Of a DNA stretch of 60,347 nt, positions 49,573 through 59,044 are shown in pieces. Source of the DNA: Solirubrobacterales bacterium (GTDB lineage Bacteria > Actinomycetota > Thermoleophilia > Solirubrobacterales > Solirubrobacteraceae). The stretch spans positions 1 through 60,347 of the forward strand of contig JBBSUL010000001.1 in the NCBI GenBank assembly GCA_038234375.1, given 5' to 3'. Both the position numbers and the translations under genes were made by a program. Each line of letters opens with the position of its first letter. The first letter of the stretch is position 1. Below the pieces are notes generated by a model. The model saw nothing but the letters and a program-made list of their open reading frames with translations, made no database searches and was not told where the DNA came from.

Positions 49573-50652
49573 ATGTCGACAGCCCGATCCGCTTTCCGGC
49601 CACCGGCCGTGCTCACCGCGCTGTTGGTGACGGTGGCCGCCCTGGCCACGTTCTCCGGGGCTGCCGACGCCCGCAGCCGATCAGATCGCCTCGTCTCCCC
49701 GCGTCTGCCGGTGACCCCGAGCGTCTCCACCATCCGCGGGGTCAAGCGCGGCAACACCCGCACGTTTCGCCTGACGGCCTCGCAGTTCACGCAGCAGATC
49801 GCGAACTTCCCGATCCGCACCGCGCAGGTCTGGGGCTACAACAAGTCCACGCCGGGCCCGACGCTGGTGGCGTACAAGGGCGAGAACCTCCGCGTGATCC
49901 TGCGCAACCTGCTGCCCGAGCCCACGACCATCCACTTCCACGGTGCCGGCGCCTCAAACTATGACGACGGCGTCGCCGGCATCAGCCAGGTCAACCCGGT
50001 TCCCGTCGCAGGCAGCCACACGTACGCGTTCAAGCTCAGGCGAGCAGGCACGTTCGCCTACCACTCGCACACGAACTCCGCGCGACAGGAGCTCCGCGGC
50101 CTGGACGGCTTCCTCGTCGTGCTCCCGAGGCGTGAGAAGGCGTCCGGCCGCGTCGACCGCGACTACGCCATGGCCCTGCAGCAGTTCGCCCCGCCCGGCG
50201 AGGGTGAGCTCGTCGACCCGTTTCCTCCGGGCACCGGTGACTTCCCGTTCTCGACGATCAACGGCAAGACCGGCGAGGCCTCTGGGCGCGTGCTGACGAT
50301 CCGGAGGCTGGAGCGGGTGCGCATCCGCCTGTACAACGCGTCCAATCTGTCGCACTCGATGCACCTGCACGGCATGCCGTTCCGCACCACCTCGCGCAAC
50401 GGCTACGAGATCCCCAAGGCCGCCCAGAGCCCGCAGACCGTGGTGAACCTGGCGCCCGGGGAGTTCTTCGACATCGAGTTCCGCGCCACCCGGCGTGGGA
50501 ACTGGATCTTCCACTGCCACGTGCCCCACCACACGTCCAACAAGATGATGGACGGCTACCACGGCGCGCCGGTCGGCATGACGCGGGTGTTCCACGTCGG
50601 ACCCTTCCGTCAGGTGCCCAAGGCGTACTTCGACTACGCCGGAGGAGCGTGA
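49573..50652 (+). CDS. Two-domain multicopper oxidase, secreted
   Basis: Signal peptide; IHFHG, YHSH, HSMHLHG, HCHVPHH...M. Confidence 0.92.
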   Translation: MSTARSAFRPPAVLTALLVTVAALATFSGAADARSRSDRLVSPRLPVTPSVSTIRGVKRGNTRTFRLTASQFTQQIANFPIRTAQVWGYNKSTPGPTLVAYKGENLRVILRNLLPEPTTIHFHGAGASNYDDGVAGISQVNPVPVAGSHTYAFKLRRAGTFAYHSHTNSARQELRGLDGFLVVLPRREKASGRVDRDYAMALQQFAPPGEGELVDPFPPGTGDFPFSTINGKTGEASGRVLTIRRLERVRIRLYNASNLSHSMHLHGMPFRTTSRNGYEIPKAAQSPQTVVNLAPGEFFDIEFRATRRGNWIFHCHVPHHTSNKMMDGYHGAPVGMTRVFHVGPFRQVPKAYFDYAGGA

Positions 50653-50689
50653 CCTGAGGGTTCGTGAGCCCTGAAGGCCCGGGCGTCCG

Positions 50690-51643
50690 TCAGTCCGGGC
50701 AGGGCCGCCACGGCGCGAGCGCCGTCGCTGCGTCGGCGCCCGCATGGGCGACCGACGGCAGGGCGACGAGCGCGAGCAGCCCGATGGTGGCCAGTCCCAG
50801 GAGGGCGACCAGCGCCAGGCCGGTCTGGGTGCGGACGTGCCCAGGATCTTCGAGCAGCGCGTGCAGGCGCCGCACGACGCTGCTGCCCCCGAGTGACAGG
50901 GCGGGCGTGCTGGTGGTGAACGCCGACTCGGCCGCCTTGCAGATCGCGCTGGCCAGCGAGCCGGGATGGTGGCGGCGCTCCAGGGCGTATCGGTCGGCGT
51001 CGCGCTCGAGGTGGAAGAGCAGCTCCTGCCGGGCGTGCTGCGTGCCGGGGACGAAGCGCGCGACGGCACCGAGGATCTCGGCGGCCATCAGCACGAAGCT
51101 GTGGCGGTGGGCGATGTGGCCGCGCTCGTGGTCCAGGCCCGCCGCGAGCTCCTCGTCGTCCAAGGCGACGAGGGCACCGGCCGAGACGACCAGCTGCGGG
51201 CGCCGCAGGCCGGCGGCCGCGATGACGACCTGGCCATCACCGAGGATCACGCTCTCACCCGGTCCCCGTCCGACGCTCTTGGTCGACAACAGGCAGCGGA
51301 CCGCGCGCGCCGCCCGCCACAGCGCGACCGCTCCCCAGCCCAGCGACACGGTGAGCGCCAGAACCGGGGTCCAGAGCGCGACATCGGCGAGGCCGTGGCC
51401 GGTCAGGCGCAGATGGGTGGTGAGCACCGGGACCACACCGTGCCAGCACCACCGGGTGATCACCGTGAACGTCTGCGTGCCCGGCAGCAGGAAGATGATG
51501 AACAGGGCTGCGTAGACGCAGGCGAGGGCACGGACGAGCAGCGCGCTGGACCATACGGCCGCGGCCGTCGCCGGCCGCACACCCTCCAGGCGCAGCGAGT
51601 GCGGGGCGGCGACGGCGACCAGCACGGTCAGCGCCAGGAGCAC
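50690..51643 (-). CDS. M56 family (BlaR1-like) membrane metallopeptidase
   Basis: G..RPQLVVS.G, HERGH, ERDAD. Confidence 0.88.
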   Translation of the reverse strand: MLLALTVLVAVAAPHSLRLEGVRPATAAAVWSSALLVRALACVYAALFIIFLLPGTQTFTVITRWCWHGVVPVLTTHLRLTGHGLADVALWTPVLALTVSLGWGAVALWRAARAVRCLLSTKSVGRGPGESVILGDGQVVIAAAGLRRPQLVVSAGALVALDDEELAAGLDHERGHIAHRHSFVLMAAEILGAVARFVPGTQHARQELLFHLERDADRYALERRHHPGSLASAICKAAESAFTTSTPALSLGGSSVVRRLHALLEDPGHVRTQTGLALVALLGLATIGLLALVALPSVAHAGADAATALAPWRPCPD

Positions 51644-52029
51644 GATCCCGACGAGCGCCGGCCGGCGGCGCGTCGCGCGAGCTTGCGGACCTCGTCGGAC
51701 TCCGCCGGCGGAAGGCCGCCGAGCAGCGCCGCCAGGGCGGCGTGGCGGGCAGACGGCGTGGCTCCGGCCAGCGTGTGTTCCATGCTGCGCGAGAGGTACT
51801 CGGCCTCGCTGAGGACCGGCTCGTACACCAGGCCGCGTCCGTCCTTGCGGCGGGTGAGCATGCCGCGCTCGGCCAGGCGGTTGAGCACGGTCTGCACGGT
51901 GGTGTACGCGCCGCGATGCTCGGCGGGCAGCTCACCGCGCACGGCTTCGACGGTGCCGCGTTCCAGGCGCCACAGGGCCGCCATGATCTGATGCTGCAGC
52001 TCGCCCTGCATTGGCGTCGTGTTCGTCAT
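51628..52029 (-). CDS. BlaI/MecI/CopY family repressor
   Basis: GELQ..IM..LW, AYTTVQTVLNRL..RG.L.R...GR...Y. Confidence 0.92.
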   Translation of the reverse strand: MTNTTPMQGELQHQIMAALWRLERGTVEAVRGELPAEHRGAYTTVQTVLNRLAERGMLTRRKDGRGLVYEPVLSEAEYLSRSMEHTLAGATPSARHAALAALLGGLPPAESDEVRKLARRAAGRRSSGSCSWR

Positions 52030-52094
52030 CCTGCGGCGATTCTCGCAGACCCCGAGGGCACCTACGCGGCGTCGGCGGCCGATGCTCCGCGCCT

Positions 52095-54371
52095 TCACGT
52101 CGCCGCGGTCGCCGCCGGCGTTCGGCGCTGCGCCCGGAAGCTGCGCAACCGCAGGGAGTTGGAGACGACGAACACGGAGCTGAAGCCCATCGCCGCGCCG
52201 GCGAGGACGGGGTTCAGGTACCCGGCGGCCGCGACGGGGATGAGGATGACGTTGTAGGCGAAGGCCCAGAACAGGTTGCCGCGGATAGTGCGCAGCGTGC
52301 GGCGCGAGAGGCGGATCGCGTCGGCGGCGGCACGCAGGTCGCCGGAGACGAGCGTCAGGTCGGAGGCCTCGATGGCCACGTCGGTGCCGGTGCCGATGGC
52401 CAGGCCGAGGTCGGCCTGGGCCAGCGCGGGGGCGTCGTTGACGCCGTCGCCGACCATGGCCACGGTGGCGCCCTCGCCCTGCAGGCGCATGATGACGTCC
52501 GCCTTGCCCGCGGGGAGGACCTCGGCGATGACCTCGTCGATGCCGACCTGGGCGGCGACGGCCTCGGCGGTGGCCTGGTTGTCACCGGTGAGCAGCACGG
52601 TGCGCAGGCCCAGGCCACGGAGGGCGTCGATGGCCTCCGGCGAGCTCTCCTTCGGGGTGTCGGCGACGACGAGCACGGCACGGACCTCGCCGTCCCAGCC
52701 GGCGAGGATCGCGGTCTGGCCGCGCTGCTCGGCCGCGTCCTGCGCGGCGTCGAGCTGCGCGTCCGGCGTCATGCCGTGGTCGGCGAGCAGGGCGCGGCGT
52801 CCCACGAGCACGGCGTGGCCGTCGACGGTGCCCTGCACCCCGAGCCCGGCGTGGTTGGCGAAGTCCGTGACGTTCGCAAGCTCGGTCTCGGCGCGGGCTG
52901 CCCGCGCGATGGCCTGGGCGATCGGGTGCTCGGAGGCGTCCTCCAGCGCGCCGACGAGCGTCAGGACCGTCGCCCGGTCGGTGTCCGCGGTGGCTGTCAC
53001 CTCGACGAGCGTCATGCGCCCGGTGGTCACGGTGCCGGTCTTGTCCAGGACGATCGTGTCCACGCGACGGGTGGACTCCAGCACCTCCGGGCCCTTGATG
53101 AGCAGACCGAGCTGGGCGCCGCGGCCGGTCCCGACGAGCAGGGCCGTCGGCGTGGCCAGGCCCAGGGCGCAGGGGCAGGCGATGATTAGCACGGCCACGG
53201 CGGCGGTGAACGCGAACGCGGCAGACTCGCCGGCCAGCAGCCAGCCGGCCAGCGTCACGGCGGCGATGACCAGGACGACGGGCACGAACACGCCCGATAC
53301 GCGGTCGGCCAGCCGCTGCACGGGAGCCTTGCCGCTCTGCGCGTCGGTGACCAGGCGGGCGATCTGGCCCAGCGCGGTGTCGGCGCCGACCTTCGTGGCG
53401 CGCACGATCAGCCGCCCTCCGACGTTGACGGTGGCGCCGACGACCTCGTCTCCGGGACCCCGCTCGACCGGGACGGACTCGCCGGTCAGCAGCGACTGGT
53501 CCACAGCACTGGATCCGTCCTCCACGACGCCGTCGGTGGCGACCTTCTCGCCGGGGCGCGCGACGAAGCGGTCGCCGACGTGCAGCTCGGTGATCCCGAC
53601 GCGCCGCTCCTTGCCGTCGTCGTCCAGGACGACGACCTCCTTGGCCCCGAGCTCGAGCAGGGCCTCCAGCGCCGCCCCGGCGCGGCGCTTGGCCCGGGCC
53701 TCGAAGTAGCGCCCGGCGAGGATGAAGGTGATGACGACCGAGGCGACCTCGAAGTACACATGGTCCAGCGCCGCCGACCGCTCGGCCACGAGGGTGAAGG
53801 ACATGGTCATCCCGGTCATCCCGGCGTCGCCGAGGAACAGGCCGACGACCGACCATGACCAGGCGGCGAGGGTGCCGATGGAGATCAGGGTGTCCATCGT
53901 GGCCGTGCCGTGCCGGGCGTTGAGGTAGGCGGCGCGGTGGAAGGGCCAGCCGGCGTAGAAGACGACGGGAGTGGCCAGGTTCCACGCCAGCCACTGCCAG
54001 TTGTCGAACTGCAGCGCCGGGATCATCGACAGCACGAGCACGGGCAGCGAGAGGACGGCGGCGACGAGCAGGCGGGTCCGCAGGGCCTGGAGGTGCGCGT
54101 CCGCGGGGTCGTCGTCGCCGGGACCGTCGGCCTCAGTGTCCGGCGCGGGGACCGTCGCGTCGTAGCCGGCCGCGCGGATCGTGTCGACGAGCAGTTGCGC
54201 GTCGGCCGGGGTTCCCTCGGCGTAGCTCACCGCCGCTTTCTCGGTGGCGTAATTGACGCTCGCGCTGACGCCGTCGAGTTTGTTCAGCTTGCGCTCGATC
54301 CGGTTCGCGCACGACGCGCAGGTCATTCCGGTGATCGGCAGCTCCAGCTCGGGGGACTCGGTCGTGCTCAT
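52095..54371 (-). CDS. copA: Cu(I)-translocating P1B-1 ATPase
   Basis: [36 protein letters not shown]. Confidence 0.95.
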   Translation of the reverse strand: MSTTESPELELPITGMTCASCANRIERKLNKLDGVSASVNYATEKAAVSYAEGTPADAQLLVDTIRAAGYDATVPAPDTEADGPGDDDPADAHLQALRTRLLVAAVLSLPVLVLSMIPALQFDNWQWLAWNLATPVVFYAGWPFHRAAYLNARHGTATMDTLISIGTLAAWSWSVVGLFLGDAGMTGMTMSFTLVAERSAALDHVYFEVASVVITFILAGRYFEARAKRRAGAALEALLELGAKEVVVLDDDGKERRVGITELHVGDRFVARPGEKVATDGVVEDGSSAVDQSLLTGESVPVERGPGDEVVGATVNVGGRLIVRATKVGADTALGQIARLVTDAQSGKAPVQRLADRVSGVFVPVVLVIAAVTLAGWLLAGESAAFAFTAAVAVLIIACPCALGLATPTALLVGTGRGAQLGLLIKGPEVLESTRRVDTIVLDKTGTVTTGRMTLVEVTATADTDRATVLTLVGALEDASEHPIAQAIARAARAETELANVTDFANHAGLGVQGTVDGHAVLVGRRALLADHGMTPDAQLDAAQDAAEQRGQTAILAGWDGEVRAVLVVADTPKESSPEAIDALRGLGLRTVLLTGDNQATAEAVAAQVGIDEVIAEVLPAGKADVIMRLQGEGATVAMVGDGVNDAPALAQADLGLAIGTGTDVAIEASDLTLVSGDLRAAADAIRLSRRTLRTIRGNLFWAFAYNVILIPVAAAGYLNPVLAGAAMGFSSVFVVSNSLRLRSFRAQRRTPAATAAT

Positions 54372-54568
54372 CCGATCACCTCGTATCCCGCGTCGTGCAC
54401 CGCCGTGCGGATCTCCGCCTCCGCTGCCTGACCGGTGACCGTCACCCGGCCGGAGGCGAGGTCCACGTCGACGGCGTCGACGCCGGCCACCTCGACCACC
54501 TCTTCGGCGACCGCTCGGCGGCAGTTCTCGCACGTCATCCCCTGTACGGTGTAAGTCTGCTCGGACAT
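54368..54568 (-). CDS. copZ: Copper chaperone
   Basis: GMTCENC HMA domain, terminal AGY. Confidence 0.93.
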   Translation of the reverse strand: MSEQTYTVQGMTCENCRRAVAEEVVEVAGVDAVDVDLASGRVTVTGQAAEAEIRTAVHDAGYEVIG

Positions 54569-54588
54569 GATCGCGACGCTCCTTCTGG

Positions 54589-54652
54589 ATACGGGGCAGG
54601 GGTATTTACTCTTTCGAGTGTAGCAAGCCTGTGACATACGGGTAGGGGGTAT
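54589..54652. promoter_or_regulatory. Two CsoR operators
   Basis: ATACGGGGCAGGGGTAT (54589-54605) and ATACGGGTAGGGGGTAT (54636-54652) between divergent copZ and csoR. Confidence 0.85.
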
Positions 54653-54674
54653 CGGTAGCGGCTATGCTCCAGGC

Positions 54675-54965
54675 ATGGCTACGACCCCGACCCGCGGCTA
54701 CACGGCCACCAAGGACCAGTTGCTCAAGCGCCTCAGCCGCGTCGAGGGCCAGGTGCGCGGGGTGAGGAGCATGGTCGACGAAGACCGCTACTGCATCGAC
54801 GTCCTGACCCAGATCGGGGCGATCCAGGCGGCGCTGGACAAGGTCGCGCTGGGGCTCATGGACGACCACGCGCATCATTGCGTGGTCGGCGGTCCGGCCG
54901 ACCAGCAGGACGAGCGCACTGAGGAGCTCATGGGCGCGGTGGCCCGGCTCATGCGTCGAGGCTGA
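54675..54965 (+). CDS. csoR: Copper-sensing repressor
   Basis: RLSRVEGQVRG, YCIDVL.QI, H.HHC (C-H-C ligands). Confidence 0.93.
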   Translation: MATTPTRGYTATKDQLLKRLSRVEGQVRGVRSMVDEDRYCIDVLTQIGAIQAALDKVALGLMDDHAHHCVVGGPADQQDERTEELMGAVARLMRRG

Positions 54966-55160
54966 CGGCCCGCCTCGAGGATGCGCTCCCGCGGGTCGGT
55001 GAACACGTCGCGCGTGGTCTGGGGGCAGTGTCCTCAGCCCGGTGACGTGAGCCGACGATGATCTCCTACAAGTTGTAGTACGCTCTCGGCGTGCTCGCGC
55101 CCGGCGCTGGCGCGTACCCGAGCGGGCGGGGCATCGTAATCACCCAACGAAAGCCTATCC

Positions 55161-55799
55161 ATGCCGCTGGAGACCGCCGGAAGCCGACACACGATCGGGT
55201 CCTGGCCAGGATCCGCATCGACTCCCCCTTCCGCGGCGACCCCAGCTCACTACGCCGCGCTGGAAGCCGCCTTCGCGCTGGGGCTCGGGGCGACTATCGC
55301 TCTGACGCAGCACCGCGCTGAGCGCGAATCAGCCGACATCCCGAGGCAGGAGCTCGTCGTGCTCGCACTCGCGACGTTCGCACTGGCGGACACCATCGTC
55401 AAGGAGCGGATCTCCACCTGGCTCCGGGAGCCGTTCGTGGTCGAGAACGCCGACCACCGGCCGGTCTCCCCGGAAGGCCGAGGCCTCCGGCGCGTCGTAG
55501 GAGAACTGCTGACGTGCACGCGCTGCACGGGAACGTGGAGTGCGTTGGCGTTGGTGGCACTGCGCACCGCCTCGCCGGTCGCGGGGAAGACCACCGCCAA
55601 CGTCCTGGCTCTCGCCCCCCGGTCAGGCGACGACGACCCGACGCATCGTCCCAGCCTCCTGGTGGTAGACGTTGTGGCAGTGGTAGGCCCTCGTCCCCGG
55701 GTTGTCGGCGACCCGAGCGCGGCCAGACGTCGCCGGGGGTCGGTGACTAATATCCTACGACTCGTCGGAGATCGGCCCGTGGGTGGGTCCGCCGGATGA
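55161..55799 (+). CDS. DUF1360-like protein, probably with a replaced 3' end after ~55617
   Basis: WLREPFV, GLR..VGELLTC..C.GTW; low-quality tail after ANVLALA. Confidence 0.6.
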   Translation: MPLETAGSRHTIGSWPGSASTPPSAATPAHYAALEAAFALGLGATIALTQHRAERESADIPRQELVVLALATFALADTIVKERISTWLREPFVVENADHRPVSPEGRGLRRVVGELLTCTRCTGTWSALALVALRTASPVAGKTTANVLALAPRSGDDDPTHRPSLLVVDVVAVVGPRPRVVGDPSAARRRRGSVTNILRLVGDRPVGGSAG

Positions 55800-55882
55800 C
55801 CGCGAGTCGCTCGGCACGAAGCCGGCACGCCTTACCACGCGCTGTAGGATTTGGCAACGTGTTCATCATCCTCAACCTCGAG

Positions 55883-56200
55883 ATGCGCCGCCTCCGTCGG
55901 CGTACGGTGCTCGTGATGGCGCTGCTGTGTCTGTCCGGCGCGGTCGTGGCCACCCATTCTGCTGCGGGGGCCTCCCACATGGGTGATGCGGGCGACACGG
56001 TGCACGGCGTCGCGGCCGTGTGCCTGGCGGTGGCCGAGACGGCCGTCGCCGGGGCTGCGGCCCTCGTGCTCCTGAACCTTGCGCGTCTTCCACTGCTGCG
56101 GTGGACGCCGTCAATGGTGCCGCAGCTGCCACAACGCCATTCCCGAGCGAGACGGGCGGCGGCTCGGGCAGGTCCCGAGCTGCAGGTCTTCCTGATGTGA
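55883..56200 (+). CDS. Small exported/membrane protein ending in RAGP (leader-peptide-like)
   Basis: Basic plus hydrophobic N-terminus, His/Met/Cys segment, ARAGPELQVFLM C-terminus. Confidence 0.65.
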   Translation: MRRLRRRTVLVMALLCLSGAVVATHSAAGASHMGDAGDTVHGVAAVCLAVAETAVAGAAALVLLNLARLPLLRWTPSMVPQLPQRHSRARRAAARAGPELQVFLM

Positions 56201-56291
56201 GCGTGCGCGGCGCCGGACCTTGCGTCCCGGCGCTGCACACCGCGTCGCGCGGTGACCCCGACCTGAACCTCACACACGAAGGAGACCCAAC

Positions 56292-56903
56292 ATGCAGTCC
56301 CATATCCGGCGGCACCGTCCGCTCCTGGCCCTGAGCATCGTGGCCGTCGTCGTCGTATCCGCCTTGTCCGCCTGTGGCTCGAGCGGTTCGCCGTCGGACT
56401 CCGCGCAGGCGGGGAACGGCGTCGACCTCGCCCTGGTGCAGGAGATGACCCCCCACCATCGTTCGGCTGTCGCGATGGCCCGTATAGCCCAACGGCGTTC
56501 GGACCGGCCGCAGGTCAAGATGCTGGCCGACGACATCATCCGCAGCCAGAGCGACGAGATCGGCCTGATGCAGAAGCTGGCCGGCACGATGAAGGCCGCC
56601 AACGTCAAGGCCGGCGATCTCGGCCTCCCAATGCAGGCGATGGGGATGAACATGGACACCCGGGCGCTGGCCGCCGCAACGCCCTTCGACCGGGCGTTCA
56701 TCGACATGATGCTCCCGCATCATCAGGGGGCCATCAGGATGGCCCGGGTCGAACTGGCCAAGGGGTCACGAGCCGACGTCAAGCGCCTGGCCAGAGGCAT
56801 CATCGCTGCACAATCACGCGAGATCACCGAGATGAACGCCTGGCGCACCAGGTGGTACGGGGCGCCGTCCCCGGCCGGGGGAATCCCGCCCGCCGGGAAG
56901 TAG
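56292..56903 (+). CDS. DUF305 (CopM-like) lipoprotein
   Basis: Lipobox LSAC; two M.PHH..A..MA repeats with Q..EI..M. Confidence 0.9.
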   Translation: MQSHIRRHRPLLALSIVAVVVVSALSACGSSGSPSDSAQAGNGVDLALVQEMTPHHRSAVAMARIAQRRSDRPQVKMLADDIIRSQSDEIGLMQKLAGTMKAANVKAGDLGLPMQAMGMNMDTRALAAATPFDRAFIDMMLPHHQGAIRMARVELAKGSRADVKRLARGIIAAQSREITEMNAWRTRWYGAPSPAGGIPPAGK

Positions 56904-56912
56904 GACGCCCCA

Positions 56913-56939
56913 GGACCGGCGCCGCCGTGGCGCCGGTCC
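56913..56939. terminator. Hairpin between convergent genes
   Basis: Perfect 11-bp stem GGACCGGCGCC/GGCGCCGGTCC, 5-nt loop. Confidence 0.6.
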
Positions 56940-56944
56940 GGCGT

Positions 56945-58051
56945 TCAGCTGAACCCGTCCCAGCGGGTCAGCTCCGGCAGGGGGTCGACGGCCTTGCCGC
57001 CGGTGTACCAGCCCGGAGCGGTCCACAGCTCGAAATGGAGGTGGCAGCCCGAGGCCCGGCCCGTCTCGCCGACGTATCCCAGCCGCTGACCGGCGCGGAC
57101 CTTGGCGCCCTTCTTGACCAGCGCGCGGTCGCGCATGTGCATGTAGGTGTAAGACTGCCCGGTGGCGTCCTGCAGCACGACGTAGTTCCCGGCTCGCGAC
57201 TGATAGGTCTCGGCCTGGATCGTGCCGGGCCGGACGGCAACCAGCGGCGTGCCGCACTTGGCGAACATGTCCTGGCCGCCGTGGTTGCGCGCGCCGCCGA
57301 AGTTGTTGGTGTCGGACTGGCCCAGGTCGTGCTTGCCACGGATCGGGAAGATCGCGTCGTGGACGACGATGCCGTCGTCTTCGACGCCGGCGGCCGACGC
57401 CCCCGGCTGTCCGGTCAGGCGCAGGGCGTAGCGCCCGTCTTCGACGACCGCGCCCTTGACCGTGCCGTCCCAGCGCAGCTCGCCCTCTCCGGCCGGAACC
57501 GGCCAGGACCGCACGGCCGCGCCGTCGGCCAGGCGAACGGCCTCGACGGTCCGCGGGGCGGACGCCGAGTAGCGCAGGACGGCGCGCTTCCGCGACCCGG
57601 CGATGAGCGCCTCGCCGGGCTTCAGGTCGACGGCCGGACCGCTGACGTCGGCCTGCGGGATCCGGCTCGTCAGGATCTTCAGGCGCTGCTTGGGCGACGT
57701 GGTGCGTCCCGCGGGGATCTCCAGGCGCAGGCGGCCCGAGCGTGCCTTGCGCGGAAGCGCCAGGCGGAGCTCGGTGGCGGTGCGCCGGGTCGGCTTGACC
57801 GCGCGGTTGTCCTTGCTGCCCTGGCGCCCGAGGAAGATGACCCGCTTGACGGTGTCCAGGTTCGTGCCGCTGATCGTCAGCTCCTGTGTCCACCGGCAGG
57901 CCCACGCCTCACCGGTGGCGCACGTCGCCCCTGACACCGTGGCTCGCTCGGGGATTCCCGCCCCGCCGCCGCTGGCGCCGAAGGCTGCTCCGGGCGCGAA
58001 CAACGTCATGAGCACAGAACCGGCGGCCAGTACCGGGAGGCGAGCGGACAC
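56945..58051 (-). CDS. Secreted M23 family peptidoglycan peptidase with Ig-like domains
   Basis: HGGQD (HxxxD), YMH, GCHLHFE; WDG...G.Y FlgD-like segment. Confidence 0.9.
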   Translation of the reverse strand: MSARLPVLAAGSVLMTLFAPGAAFGASGGGAGIPERATVSGATCATGEAWACRWTQELTISGTNLDTVKRVIFLGRQGSKDNRAVKPTRRTATELRLALPRKARSGRLRLEIPAGRTTSPKQRLKILTSRIPQADVSGPAVDLKPGEALIAGSRKRAVLRYSASAPRTVEAVRLADGAAVRSWPVPAGEGELRWDGTVKGAVVEDGRYALRLTGQPGASAAGVEDDGIVVHDAIFPIRGKHDLGQSDTNNFGGARNHGGQDMFAKCGTPLVAVRPGTIQAETYQSRAGNYVVLQDATGQSYTYMHMRDRALVKKGAKVRAGQRLGYVGETGRASGCHLHFELWTAPGWYTGGKAVDPLPELTRWDGFS

Positions 58052-58069
58052 GGCAACTCTCTTTCGTCT

Positions 58070-58186
58070 GGCCTACGGGGTTAGCTGACGGGCTCGCGCG
58101 GAAAGATCGCGCTACGACGGCTGCTGTCGATTCGCCCCACCTGTGGGTCCCCCGCTCCCTGCCGCGACGCGGCGAGGACTCGGCTC
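58070..58186 (-). ncRNA. c-di-AMP (ydaO/yuaA) riboswitch
   Basis: Minus strand: GCCGAGTCC...GGGGGACCCA...TGGGGCGAATC...GTAG...GAGCCCGTCAGCTAACCCCGTAGGC, directly upstream of a cell-wall hydrolase. Confidence 0.93.
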
Positions 58187-58311
58187 CTATTGAGCGTAGG
58201 ACCGTACACGACGCAGGTGTCGGACCGGACGCACCCGCCGGGGATGGCGCGCAGACCCATGAGCGCCGCATCTTCTCCTGAGGGGCGCGCAGGATAGGGT
58301 CGGCGGCGCCG

Positions 58312-59037
58312 ATGCTGCTGCGCCTGCTGTCCACCGCCTACTGGGCGCTCATCTGCCTCACCGCGCCGGTCTTCTTCGTCGGCGCGCTGGTGATCTGGCT
58401 GGTCACCCTGCCCGTCGATCGGCGCCGGGTCGTCCTGCACCAGTACTCGTGCGCGTGGGCGGTCTTCTTCATCGTCATCAACCCGTTGTGGAAGGTCCGC
58501 GTCACCGGGCGTGAGCACCTGCGCTGGCGGGGACCGGCGGTGCTCGTGGCCAACCACGCCTCGCTCATCGACATCCTCGTCCTGTTCCAGCTCTTCCGCC
58601 CGTTCAAATGGGTCTCCAAGGCCGAGAACTTCAAGCTGCCGTTCGTCGGCTGGAACATGCGCCTGAACGGCTACGTGCCGCTCGTGCGCGGGGACCGGGT
58701 TTCGGTGATGAAGATGCTCGCGCAGTGCTCGGAGCTGCTGGGCCGGGGCAGCCCGGTGCTGTTCTTCCCCGAGGGCACGCGCTCCAAGGACGGTCAGCTG
58801 CGCCCGTTCAAGGACGGGGCGTTCGAGCTGGCGGTCAAGCACGCCGTCCCGCTCATCCCGATCGCCGTGCACGGGACCGCCAGCGCGTTGCCCAAGCACG
58901 GCGTGGTCCTGCAGGAGCACGTGGACGCCTGGGTGCAGATCCTCGACCCGCTGGACCCCGCCGACCACGGCGGCTCGGTCGACGGCCTACGCGACGCCGC
59001 TCGCGAGCGCATCGCGCAGGCCCTGGCGGCGCGCTGA
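58312..59037 (+). CDS. Lysophospholipid acyltransferase (PlsC family)
   Basis: NHASLID, FPEGTRS, FK.GAF. Confidence 0.92.
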   Translation: MLLRLLSTAYWALICLTAPVFFVGALVIWLVTLPVDRRRVVLHQYSCAWAVFFIVINPLWKVRVTGREHLRWRGPAVLVANHASLIDILVLFQLFRPFKWVSKAENFKLPFVGWNMRLNGYVPLVRGDRVSVMKMLAQCSELLGRGSPVLFFPEGTRSKDGQLRPFKDGAFELAVKHAVPLIPIAVHGTASALPKHGVVLQEHVDAWVQILDPLDPADHGGSVDGLRDAARERIAQALAAR

Positions 59038-59044
59038 GCGCCGG

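Larger units (their letters stand above)
9105..56940. other. Mosaic metal-homeostasis accessory region next to tRNA-Pro
   Basis: Dense As/Cd/Zn/Cu/Fe genes and gene scars between intact housekeeping-like flanks; no integrase or att repeat seen, so boundaries are approximate. Confidence 0.55.

Noticed and set aside
9031-56940. Prophage or ICE with attL/attR at tRNA-Pro
   Set aside because: No integrase, phage or conjugation genes, and no second copy of the tRNA 3' end found by eye.
58186-58200. CCTATTGAGCGTAGG as another island palindrome
   Set aside because: More simply the -10 element (TACGCT on the minus strand) of the riboswitch promoter, outside the island.
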